The notes under the pieces were generated by a model. That model saw only the letters and a list, made by a program, of their open reading frames with translations, searched no databases and had not been told where the DNA came from. Shown in pieces: positions 46,861 to 55,178 of a stretch of 64,000 bases of DNA. The stretch's first letter is position 1; the number at the start of each line of letters is the position of its first letter. Made by a program: the position numbers and the translations under genes. The stretch is from Rhodothermales bacterium (GTDB lineage Bacteria; Bacteroidota; Rhodothermia; Rhodothermales; JANQRZ01), in the NCBI GenBank assembly GCA_028284265.1, contig JANQRZ010000024.1, positions 192,132 to 256,131 of the forward strand. Reading direction: 5' to 3'.

Positions 46861-46892
46861 TATTTCCAAGTTTTCTGGGGTATCCCTCTGTA

Positions 46893-47192
46893 ATGCCGAA
46901 GTGCGGCACCATCTATATCCTCGCCAGCCGTCGCAACGGCACCCTCTACGTCGGCGTCACGAGCGATCTGCCGAAACGTATCTGGATGCACAAGCACAAC
47001 CTGATTGACGGCTTTACGAAAGAGCACAGTGTCCACCGGCTTGTCTACGTCGAAGAGCACGACGACATCCGCGATGCGATCACGCGGGAGAGGCAACTGA
47101 AGAAGTGGAACCGGGCGTGGAAGATTCGGCTCATCGAAGAAGCGAATCCGGGGTGGCGGGATCTATATGATTTGCTCGACCTCGGAAGGTGA
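46893..47192 (+). CDS. Small stand-alone GIY-YIG nuclease family protein (COG2827/UPF0213-like)
   Basis: MPKCGTIYILASRRNGTLYVGVTSDLPKRIWMH...RERQLKKW, with GIY-YIG core motifs. 99 aa. Confidence 0.85.
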   Translation: MPKCGTIYILASRRNGTLYVGVTSDLPKRIWMHKHNLIDGFTKEHSVHRLVYVEEHDDIRDAITRERQLKKWNRAWKIRLIEEANPGWRDLYDLLDLGR

Positions 47193-47225
47193 GCGTTCGA
47201 CTTCAAGCTCCGAACCTTTCCACTC

Positions 47226-47294
47226 GTCATCCCCCGCGAAGGCGGAATCTGTACGATTTGCTTGACGGTGGATCCCCGCCTACGCGGGGATGAC
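47226..47294. repeat. Family-A palindromic doublet repeat, copy A4 (diverged)
   Basis: gtcatcccccgcgaaggcggaatc...ggatccccgcctacgcggggatgac. It starts 33 nt after the GIY-YIG stop and ends 12 nt before the hutH ATG. Confidence 0.8.
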
Positions 47295-47306
47295 TATTTT
47301 CGGGGC

Positions 47307-48836
47307 ATGAACTCAGCAAACACAGACACCACCCGCCTCACCATCGCTGACCTGTACGACGACCTCGACCGGAGCCTCGCGGCGCTGCGGGCGGACGCGG
47401 GGCGGGTGCAGGCGTCGCGGCGGGTCGTGGAGGCGGCGCTGGAGGACGGGGCGACCTACTACGGCATCAACACCGGCTTCGGGGCGCTGGCGCGGGAGCG
47501 GATCGCCCCGGCGGACACGGAGCGGTTGCAGCAAAACCTCATCGTCTCGCACGCGGTCGGCGTCGGGCCGCTGATCCCGAAGGACGTGACGCGGCTGATG
47601 CTGCGGCTCAAGGTATACGCCCTCGGCCTCGGCTTCTCCGGTGTCTCAGAGGAGACCTTCGAGCGGCTTCTCGTGATGGCGGAGCGCGACCTCATTCCGG
47701 CGGTCCCGAGCCGCGGCAGCCTCGGCGCGTCGGGCGACCTCGCGCCGCTGTCGCACCTCGCGCTCCCGCTCCTCGGTCGGGGTGCGATCTGGTGTGACGC
47801 GGGCGAGGCGACGCATCCCGCCGCCGAGGTACTCGCCGAGCACGACCTCGAACCGATCACGCTTCACGCCAAAGACGGCCTCGCGCTCATCAACGGAACC
47901 CAGATGATGGCGGCCTACGGAAGCTGGGTGCTCCACCGCGCCTGTCGCCTGCTCAAAGCCGCCGACCTACTCGCGGCGATGTCGCTCGAAGCGCTGCAAG
48001 GCTCCATCAAACCGTTCGACCCACGCATTCAGGCGATCCGACCGCATCCGGGTCAAGTCGCTGTTGCGGAGAACGTCTGCACGCTCCTCAAAGAGAGCGA
48101 GATTCTGGAGAGCCACCGCAACTGCGGCAAAGTGCAGGACCCGTATTCGCTCCGGTGTGTGCCGCAAGTCCACGGGGCCAGTCGGGGGGCGATTGTCCAT
48201 GCCCGGTCGGTCGTCGAGACCGAGATCAACAGCGTCACGGACAACCCGCTCGTATTTCAGGAGGGCGATCCGACGATTGTGTCTGGCGGCAACTTTCACG
48301 GGCAGCCGCTCGCCCTCGCGCTCGACTATGCGGCGATGGCCCTCGCCGAACTCGCCAGCATCGCCGAGCGGCGGGTCTACCTGCTCGTCAGCGGATACGA
48401 CGGGCTGCCGGTGTTCCTCATGCGCGAGACGGGGCTGAACTCCGGGTTCATGATGCCACAGTACACCGCCGCCGCGCTCGTCTCAGAGAACAAGGTGCTC
48501 TGCCACCCCGCCTCCGTCGATTCGATCCCAAGCAGCCGGGGGCAGGAGGACCACGTCTCGATGGGGAGCGTCGCCGCGCTCAAGCTGTTCGATGTGCTTC
48601 GCAACGTTGAGTCCGTGCTTGCCATCGAACTAATGACGGCGGCACAGGCGCTCGACTACCGCGCCCCGCTGAAGCCGGGCCGAGGCGTTGAGGTGGCCCA
48701 CCGATTCCTCCGCGAGCAGGTCCGTCACCGCGAGGCCGACGATGGGTTCGACGGTGATATGGCTGCGTGCCTCCACTGCATCCAGCAGGGCGGCCTCATC
48801 AGCGCAGTCGAGGCCGAAGTCGGCGCACTGCACTAG
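47307..48836 (+). CDS. hutH: Histidine ammonia-lyase
   Basis: Internal Met MNSANTDTTRLTIADL.... The MIO-forming triad is in GSLGASGDLAPLSHLA. The upstream 15 codons of ORF 47262 lie in repeat A4 and are rejected. Confidence 0.94.
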   Translation: MNSANTDTTRLTIADLYDDLDRSLAALRADAGRVQASRRVVEAALEDGATYYGINTGFGALARERIAPADTERLQQNLIVSHAVGVGPLIPKDVTRLMLRLKVYALGLGFSGVSEETFERLLVMAERDLIPAVPSRGSLGASGDLAPLSHLALPLLGRGAIWCDAGEATHPAAEVLAEHDLEPITLHAKDGLALINGTQMMAAYGSWVLHRACRLLKAADLLAAMSLEALQGSIKPFDPRIQAIRPHPGQVAVAENVCTLLKESEILESHRNCGKVQDPYSLRCVPQVHGASRGAIVHARSVVETEINSVTDNPLVFQEGDPTIVSGGNFHGQPLALALDYAAMALAELASIAERRVYLLVSGYDGLPVFLMRETGLNSGFMMPQYTAAALVSENKVLCHPASVDSIPSSRGQEDHVSMGSVAALKLFDVLRNVESVLAIELMTAAQALDYRAPLKPGRGVEVAHRFLREQVRHREADDGFDGDMAACLHCIQQGGLISAVEAEVGALH

Positions 48837-49435
48837 CCAGCTATGGTGCTGTCAGCCAACGTACTGTCGGAGGGCGATAGCACCCGGTCGTACTCTGACA
48901 CGAGGTAGTGCTCGAAGTAGGTCAGCCCGATCAGGACCGCGTGGAAGTTGCGGTAGTTGGCCGTCGCCCCCTCGAATCCCTCATCCATCATCTTCGTGTA
49001 GAGGAGCCTGCCGACCTGCTCTGTCTGTGTCTCATAGGCTCCCTGCACGTCGTAGAGGGTGGAGAACTGGAGCACCTCGTCATAGGGGATGTGGTTCAGG
49101 GCGTCGGTGGAGCGGGCAGCATCCCAGGCCGTTGTGAAAAGACGGGCCGGTCGGAAGAAACCGCCTGCGAAAAAATAGGGCGGGAGCGGGGGCGCGTCCT
49201 CTGGGAGGTAGGCTTGGAGCGAGTCGAGCAGGGCCATGTTGAACGCCGACGCCTCGCGCAGCGCCTCACGGTTGGCTTGCAACTCCTCGACGATACTCGC
49301 GGCGGCGATCTCGGCGCGTTTGCGGGCGTTGCGGTCCTCGCGCCACTCGTTCGCCGCGAGCGCGAGGAAGACGCCGAGCACGACGAAGAAGGCTTCGAGG
49401 AGGATCGGGGCGATATGGATGCGGCGGTCAGGCAT
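48833..49435 (-). CDS. Hypothetical membrane-anchored protein
   Basis: Last 200 codons of ORF 48833..50611: MPDRRIHIAPILLEAFFVVLGVFLALAANEW..., one TM helix plus a helical domain. Convergent with hutH, with a 4-nt stop overlap. Confidence 0.5.
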   Translation of the reverse strand: MPDRRIHIAPILLEAFFVVLGVFLALAANEWREDRNARKRAEIAAASIVEELQANREALREASAFNMALLDSLQAYLPEDAPPLPPYFFAGGFFRPARLFTTAWDAARSTDALNHIPYDEVLQFSTLYDVQGAYETQTEQVGRLLYTKMMDEGFEGATANYRNFHAVLIGLTYFEHYLVSEYDRVLSPSDSTLADSTIAG

Positions 49436-49534
49436 GGGAGAGAACGGGCGAGGAGCAGGATATCCACACAGGATACGCAACCAGATTGAGGTGGTCGGGC
49501 GTAATTTCAGGGTCCATTTCACCAGTCGAAACCT

Positions 49535-49888
49535 ATGCGTCACGCTATTCCCCTTGTTCTGCTCCTCTTCCTCGTGGGCTGCTCTAGCGGCCCCAAGCCG
49601 CTGACGCTGCCCGTCGGCCCGGATGCTACGGTCAGCGGTACCGTCGAGAGCGTGGATCGTGAGCCGATGGCGGTGGACAGCGATGCGGTCATCACGCTCC
49701 GCACCAGTGCGGGCGAAGTCGAGGTGTTTATCCCGGCCCGAACCAACTTGTGCGAAGCTGAGGGGCTTAACCTCTTTGCCAGCGTGGTCGAAGGATCGTC
49801 TATTGAAGTGCGAGGGCAGACGCTTGCAGGCGGTGGCATCCGGCCCTGCGAATCGGACGACCACTATCTCCGCGTGACTGGCTCCTAG
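49535..49888 (+). CDS. Small lipoprotein, function unknown
   Basis: MRHAIPLVLLLFLVGCSSG has a lipobox. Its stop is immediately followed by the hutI ATG. Confidence 0.6.
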   Translation: MRHAIPLVLLLFLVGCSSGPKPLTLPVGPDATVSGTVESVDREPMAVDSDAVITLRTSAGEVEVFIPARTNLCEAEGLNLFASVVEGSSIEVRGQTLAGGGIRPCESDDHYLRVTGS

Positions 49889-51109
49889 ATGCCCGTTCTC
49901 GCCGACATCTCGGTGCTTGCTACGTGCCGGAGCAGCGGCGGGCAGGCGGATATTCACCCAATCCCCGACGCGGCCCTCGTGTGGCAAGACGACACGATCC
50001 AGTGGGTCGGGCCAGAAACTGAATTGCCGAGTGAGTACGTTGGCGAGGAACGCCAGAGCGCGGTCGGTCGGCTCGTGATTCCCGGCCTCGTCGATTGCCA
50101 CACGCACCTCGCCTTCGGCGGCTGGCGGGCCGACGAGTTCGCCCTGCGGATCGAAGGGGCCGACTACCTCGACATCGCCCGCGCAGGCGGCGGCATTGCC
50201 AGCACGATGCGCCACACCCGCGCCGCGAGCGAGGACGATCTCGCCGAGCGCGCTGCGGGCCATCTGGTCGAGATGCGGAAACTCGGCGTCACGACGGTCG
50301 AAGCCAAGAGCGGCTACGGGCTGACCGTCGAGGACGAGTTGAAGACACTGCGGGTCTACCGCCGCCTCGCCGAAACGCAGCCCACGCGCATCGTCCCGAC
50401 CCTCCTCGGTGCGCACATCGTCCCGCCCGAGTTCAAGGCCGACCGTGCCGCGTACATCCGCCTGCTCGCCGATGAGATCATCCCGCAGGTGGCGGAGAAG
50501 GGCCTCGCCCGGTTCTGCGACGTGTTCGTTGAGGACACTGCGTTCTCGCCCGATGAGGCGCGCACCATTTTCGCCGCTGGGACGGAGCACGGCCTGCGTC
50601 CGAAGCTTCACGCTGATCAGCTATCGGACACCGACGGAGCCGCCCTCGCCGCTGAGGTGGGGGCTGCTTCCGCCGACCACCTCGAATACATCTCGGACGA
50701 GGGGATCGCGGCGATGGCTGAGGCGGGCGTCGTCGCCGTGTCGCTACCGCTCGCTACGTTGTACCTGAACGTCCGCCCGCTGCCTGCGCGGGCGCTGATC
50801 GAGGCGGGGGTGGCGGTGGCGGTGGCGACCGACTTTAATCCCGGTAGTGCGCCGAGCTACCATCTCCCGCTGGCGATGATGCTGGCCTGCACGATGCAGC
50901 GGATGACGCCCGCCGAGGTACTCAAAGGGGCCACCGTTATTGCAAGCCAAGCTGTTGGGATGAATGACACGGTCGGTTCGCTGGAAGCGGGCAAGCGGGC
51001 CGACTTCGTTGTAATCGATGCGCCCGACGTGAACCACTGGCTCTACCACTTCCGCCCGAACGCCTGCGTCCGCACCGTCATCGGCGGCGAGACGGTGTGG
51101 AGCGCGTAG
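49889..51109 (+). CDS. hutI: Imidazolonepropionase
   Basis: Amidohydrolase metal motif GLVDCHTHLAFGG. KLHADQLS and ADHLE. Confidence 0.93.
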   Translation: MPVLADISVLATCRSSGGQADIHPIPDAALVWQDDTIQWVGPETELPSEYVGEERQSAVGRLVIPGLVDCHTHLAFGGWRADEFALRIEGADYLDIARAGGGIASTMRHTRAASEDDLAERAAGHLVEMRKLGVTTVEAKSGYGLTVEDELKTLRVYRRLAETQPTRIVPTLLGAHIVPPEFKADRAAYIRLLADEIIPQVAEKGLARFCDVFVEDTAFSPDEARTIFAAGTEHGLRPKLHADQLSDTDGAALAAEVGAASADHLEYISDEGIAAMAEAGVVAVSLPLATLYLNVRPLPARALIEAGVAVAVATDFNPGSAPSYHLPLAMMLACTMQRMTPAEVLKGATVIASQAVGMNDTVGSLEAGKRADFVVIDAPDVNHWLYHFRPNACVRTVIGGETVWSA

Positions 51110-51119
51110 CCACGAAAAA

Positions 51120-51148
51120 GGGCCGGACGATACAGGATCGTCCGGCCC
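51120..51148 (-). terminator. Rho-independent terminator of the Bor-like gene
   Basis: Perfect 12-bp stem gggccggacgat / atcgtccggccc with a 5-nt loop. On the minus strand it is followed by TTTTT. It may also stop hutI read-through. Confidence 0.75.
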
Positions 51149-51169
51149 GATGCGAAGCAGACCGTCGGG

Positions 51170-51601
51170 TTACTCGAACCGGACGAGTACCGGCTGTTCC
51201 GATGCGACCGCTTGATCGGCGGCGTGCTGGAAGGCTTGGGTGATGGTTGCAAGGTCGGCGTCAGGAGCCACGGCCACCGCTTCGCTGGGAGCGGGTAGGG
51301 CCGAGGTGCCGCCCGCGGCGCACGTCACCTTGATGTACATGGGCGTGTAGATGCCTAACGTGAGGGCGCTGACAAGCTGGTTGACGAAGCTCAGTTGCGT
51401 CTCGACGACGGCGACCCCGTTGGGACACTCTTCAGCAGCCTCGACGGTGCTGGGTGGCACGAGGCCGTAGACCCAGCCCGAAGCGAAGGTCTGTTCATAC
51501 ACCTGCGTTGACGGCGTGAGGCCGGTTTCGACGCGGGCGTGGTAGCAGCCTGTCACAGAGAGCGCGAGGGTGAGGAGAAGGAGGGAGCGGATGTGAGGCA
51601 T
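51170..51601 (-). CDS. Bor/Iss-family-like lipoprotein
   Basis: LALSVTGCYH lipobox. VETQLSFVNQLVSALTLGIYTPMYIKVTCA parallels the Bor motif ETQQTFVNGLLGFITLGIYTPLEARVYC. Confidence 0.65.
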   Translation of the reverse strand: MPHIRSLLLLTLALSVTGCYHARVETGLTPSTQVYEQTFASGWVYGLVPPSTVEAAEECPNGVAVVETQLSFVNQLVSALTLGIYTPMYIKVTCAAGGTSALPAPSEAVAVAPDADLATITQAFQHAADQAVASEQPVLVRFE

Positions 51602-51728
51602 AGCGTCGGGCGTTTGGGTGAGTGGAACTCGGAGCGTGCCTCGCCGAAGGTAGAGGTGGCGCGAACAAGGCTCAAGAGGTAGGCCGCTGCCTCTTCGTAC
51701 TTCGTAACGCCGCGCCTATCTTCTCCTC

Positions 51729-52655
51729 ATGCTCACCCCATCCGATATTCCTGCCCCCGATACCGCTGCGGATGATCCCCGCCTCGGTCACTGGCTCGCG
51801 GCGAACCGTTCCGCCGAAGGTGCCCGCGCCGTGCTCATTGGCTTTCCATCCGACGAGGGTGTGCGGCGAAACGGGGGGCGATCCGGTGCTGCCGACGGTC
51901 CCGCCGCGATCCGCCGTGCCCTCTACAAGCTGACCCCGGACGCCGAGCATCCCGGTGCGTTTACCGATCTCCTTGACCGTACTGCCGACCTCGGCGACAT
52001 ACCCGTGACGGGCTTTGTCGAGACCGACCAGCAGGCACTCGGCGAGGTCGTCGCGCCGCTCCTCGCGGACGGCATCGTACCGGTGATCCTTGGCGGGGGG
52101 CACGAGACGAGCTTCGGGCATTTCCTCGGGTACGCTGGGGCGGAGCAGGACGTGGAGATTCTGAACTGGGACGCCCACGCCGACGTGCGCCCGCTGAAAG
52201 ACGGGCTGGCCCATTCCGGCTCGCCGTTCCGGCAGGCGCTGGAGCACCCGTCGGGCCGCTGCACGCGGTACATGGTCGCCGGGCTGCAACCGCACAGCAC
52301 GGCCCGCGCCCACCTCGACGTGATCGACGAGTGGGGCGGCGAAGTAGTCTGGCGGCGGAGCTTGACCGAGGTTCGCATCCGCTCCATCGCCATCGGCCTG
52401 ACCGAGCCGACCCTCGCCACGTTCGACCTCGACGCGGTGGAGGCCGCATCCGCGCCCGGTGTGAGTGCGCCGAACATCGGCGGGCTACCGGCGGACCTGT
52501 GGCTCTACGCCGCCTACGAGATGGGCCGCTCGCCGCTCGTCCGCTCGATGGACGTGGTCGAACTCAACCCGGCGTTCGACGTGGACGGCCGGACGGCCCG
52601 GCTCGCGGCGCTCACCGTCTGGCACTTCCTGAAAGGGCTGGCCGCGCGAGGATGA
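51729..52655 (+). CDS. hutG: Formimidoylglutamase (arginase-fold; the context favours HutG)
   Basis: Arginase-family metal motifs GGGHETS, WDAHADV and DLDAV. It is near hutU, hutH and hutI. Confidence 0.72.
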   Translation: MLTPSDIPAPDTAADDPRLGHWLAANRSAEGARAVLIGFPSDEGVRRNGGRSGAADGPAAIRRALYKLTPDAEHPGAFTDLLDRTADLGDIPVTGFVETDQQALGEVVAPLLADGIVPVILGGGHETSFGHFLGYAGAEQDVEILNWDAHADVRPLKDGLAHSGSPFRQALEHPSGRCTRYMVAGLQPHSTARAHLDVIDEWGGEVVWRRSLTEVRIRSIAIGLTEPTLATFDLDAVEAASAPGVSAPNIGGLPADLWLYAAYEMGRSPLVRSMDVVELNPAFDVDGRTARLAALTVWHFLKGLAARG

Positions 52656-52661
52656 GCAGAC

Positions 52662-53006
52662 TCACGATGCGTTCCGCGAGACCCAATGCGTCAGCCCGGT
52701 CAGCACAAGGATAGCGACCGCGTTGATGCTCCCGACGAGTACGGCTGAGACGTAGAAGAAGCCATTGTCGCCGCTGGCGGTCTCGCCGCCGAAGAGGTGA
52801 TAGGCCGTGTGGATGGTTTCGGCGAGCAGACTCCCGCCGAGTGCCCCGATGATGATAGCCTTCAAGCGGGTGCCGAGCGGCGCATCCTTCGTCATCCAGA
52901 GCGCCAGCCCGATTCCGACCGCCGAGACCGCCATGACAGCGGATTTGCCAAGAGCAGCCAGCACGAGCAGCACGCCGACACCCAGGTACGGAAGCAGGCG
53001 TGCCAT
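52662..53006 (-). CDS. Small integral membrane protein
   Basis: MARLLPYLGVGVLLVLAALG... with four hydrophobic helices. The ORF extends to 53042; the inner Met avoids overlap with the upstream gene. Confidence 0.5.
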   Translation of the reverse strand: MARLLPYLGVGVLLVLAALGKSAVMAVSAVGIGLALWMTKDAPLGTRLKAIIIGALGGSLLAETIHTAYHLFGGETASGDNGFFYVSAVLVGSINAVAILVLTGLTHWVSRNAS

Positions 53007-53011
53007 GCGGA

Positions 53012-53524
53012 TCATTCTTGCGTAATCGTCACCGAGGTCCAAGCACGGTCGGGGAGGGGGTCGCTGAACTCGATGCGGACGGTGTAATCGTTGGCGGCGC
53101 TGGGTTGCTCGGTGATCTGGACGAGGCCGCGACCCTGAATGTTGGAAATGGAAACCTCTGACCCGTCCGACTTGATCGGGACAGCGAGCAGCGACTCGCG
53201 CGTCGAGGAGCAGTTGCAGAAGGCCAACTCATCGAAGGGCCACATGGGCCACCACTCTTCGTCGTTCAGGAACGTCGGCTGGTCGTCGCCCCACATGCCC
53301 GGTGCCTCGAACTCGTAGTGGTGCCACCAGATGAACTGGCCCTGCAAGCGTAGCTCGCTCCGCCCGTCGATCTCAGCCCGGACGGTGAGCGGCAGCGTCA
53401 CGCCCGTGGGCGGCGGTGGTGGAGGATCATCCTCGCCACTCTCCGAACACGCGCCGAGAAGCAGGCACAAGACGAGGGCGAGCACACCGTGGGCCGTCAG
53501 GCCGCGATCACGAAAACTAGGCAT
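53012..53524 (-). CDS. Hypothetical lipoprotein
   Basis: Internal Met MPSFRDRGLTAHGVLALVLCLLLGACSESG has a lipobox, followed by a proline-rich linker. No motif recognised. Confidence 0.5.
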   Translation of the reverse strand: MPSFRDRGLTAHGVLALVLCLLLGACSESGEDDPPPPPPTGVTLPLTVRAEIDGRSELRLQGQFIWWHHYEFEAPGMWGDDQPTFLNDEEWWPMWPFDELAFCNCSSTRESLLAVPIKSDGSEVSISNIQGRGLVQITEQPSAANDYTVRIEFSDPLPDRAWTSVTITQE

Positions 53525-53651
53525 CGTTCTGTTGGGCTTGGTGAGGCTACGCCCAAAGTATAGAAACTCGCAGCGATAGTGCAAGTCTTTGAGATGACTA
53601 GACTTTCGTGTCGTTATGCAATGAATGGTCAGCCGTTGGGTTCTCGTGGAT

Positions 53652-54020
53652 TCAGTCTGTCATCCATGTATCGCCTACTCGACCACTTGTTGAATCGAAA
53701 CGCACGGCCATGTAGTACAGCCAAGGGGTGCTACCAAACTCGTGTCCAACATCGACCCAGTATATAAGAGTCTCTGTATCTGCTCCTGAGTCTGGGGTAC
53801 CGAGAAGAGCGAATACCTCAGTCTTCTTCAAATTGTGCAGCGTATCGCTTCCGAGTACGTGCTGGATCATTGCACCACGTATCTGAGCATCTCCCTCAAT
53901 CCACACTTGCGAATCAAAGCTCCGTGTATCAAAATCACGGGACTCAGAATTACATTCAAGTAGGCATAGTGTTACAATGATTGTCAAGAACGACAGTAGG
54001 CCATCCCATACTCTTGTCAT
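53652..54020 (-). CDS. Hypothetical lipoprotein in a low-G+C islet
   Basis: Internal Met MTRVWDGLLSFLTIIVTLCLLECNS. The whole gene is visibly A/T-richer than the window. It starts 14 nt below the fabH stop. Confidence 0.45.
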   Translation of the reverse strand: MTRVWDGLLSFLTIIVTLCLLECNSESRDFDTRSFDSQVWIEGDAQIRGAMIQHVLGSDTLHNLKKTEVFALLGTPDSGADTETLIYWVDVGHEFGSTPWLYYMAVRFDSTSGRVGDTWMTD

Positions 54021-54033
54021 CGCAAACGGACAG

Positions 54034-55077
54034 CTATGCAATGAACCCCTCGACCGCCGGATGCTCATGTTGCCCGTTCGGACTGACTGGCGCAGCAGCG
54101 AGTTGGAAGAGGCAGGCGGCCCACGTCAGGCCCGCGCCGAAGCCGACGAGGGCGAGCGTATCGCCCGGCTTGGCGCGCCTGGCCTCGAACGCTTCGGAGA
54201 GCGCAATCGGGATCGTGGCGGCGGACGTGTTGCCGTAGCGGTCCACGTTGACGATCACCTTCTCGGGGTCGAGGCCCGCCTTCTGCACGGCGTACTCGAT
54301 GATGCGGGCGTTCGCCTGATGCGGGATGAACAGGTCGATGTCCTTCGGCTCGATCCCGGCCTCGGTCATCACCTGCGACAGCGACTCGACCATCGCCCGC
54401 GTAGCAAACTTGAAGACCTCGCGGCCGTTCATCCGCAGGAAGTTCTGGCCCGCATCGAGGCTCTCGTGCGTCGGCGGGATGCGGCAGCCGCCGGAGGGCT
54501 GGATCAGGTGCTCGTGCCCCGACCCATCCGAGCCGAGGACGTGCGAGAGGAGGCCCGCCTTCTGGTCCGTCGCCTGCATGATGACCGCCCCGGCTCCGTC
54601 GCCGAACAGCACACACGTCCCCCGATCCGTCCAGTCGAGGTTCCGGCTGATAAGCTCGGCCCCGACGACGAGGACCGTCGAGTACGACCCGGCGGCGATG
54701 AACTGGTGCGCCGTCACGAGACCGTAGACGAACCCCGTGCAACCGACCGCGAGCGTCATCGCCCCGCACGCCGCGCCGAGGTTGTCTTGCACCTGACTCG
54801 ACACGGGCGGTGTGAGGTAGTCCGGGCTGGAGGTGGCGATCAGGATCAGGTCGAGGTCGGCAGCGGTGAGACCGGCGCGGTCGAGGGCCATCTCGGCGGC
54901 GCGGGTCGCCATCGTCGAGGTGTGGTCGTCCGGTCCTGCGATGTGGCGCTCGCGAATGCCGGAGCGCGTCCGAATCCATTCGTCCGAGGTGTCGATGGTC
55001 TCCGCCAGTTCATCGTTTGTGACGACGCGCTCGGGGGCGTAGTGGCCCCATCCGGTGATCGTGCTGTTTTTCAGCAT
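54034..55077 (-). CDS. fabH: Beta-ketoacyl-ACP synthase III
   Basis: Internal Met MLKNSTITGWGHY.... Active-site Cys in AVGCTGFVYG, plus HQANARI and GNTSAATIP. The long upstream extension of ORF 54034..55782 is rejected. Confidence 0.93.
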   Translation of the reverse strand: MLKNSTITGWGHYAPERVVTNDELAETIDTSDEWIRTRSGIRERHIAGPDDHTSTMATRAAEMALDRAGLTAADLDLILIATSSPDYLTPPVSSQVQDNLGAACGAMTLAVGCTGFVYGLVTAHQFIAAGSYSTVLVVGAELISRNLDWTDRGTCVLFGDGAGAVIMQATDQKAGLLSHVLGSDGSGHEHLIQPSGGCRIPPTHESLDAGQNFLRMNGREVFKFATRAMVESLSQVMTEAGIEPKDIDLFIPHQANARIIEYAVQKAGLDPEKVIVNVDRYGNTSAATIPIALSEAFEARRAKPGDTLALVGFGAGLTWAACLFQLAAAPVSPNGQHEHPAVEGFIA

Positions 55078-55178
55078 ACGGAAGCCCCTGCAGTAATGTG
55101 GGAGAGATGAAAGAGACGCCGCTCGTGCGACAAGCCCCGAAAAGATACCGAGGGGTCCGGCGTTCTCGATTAACGCTG

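Noticed and set aside
49436-50611. N-terminal 392 codons of ORF 48833..50611
   Set aside because: This part is antisense to hutI and the small lipoprotein gene and has shadow-ORF composition. Only the last 200 codons, from Met 49435, look like a real membrane-anchored protein.
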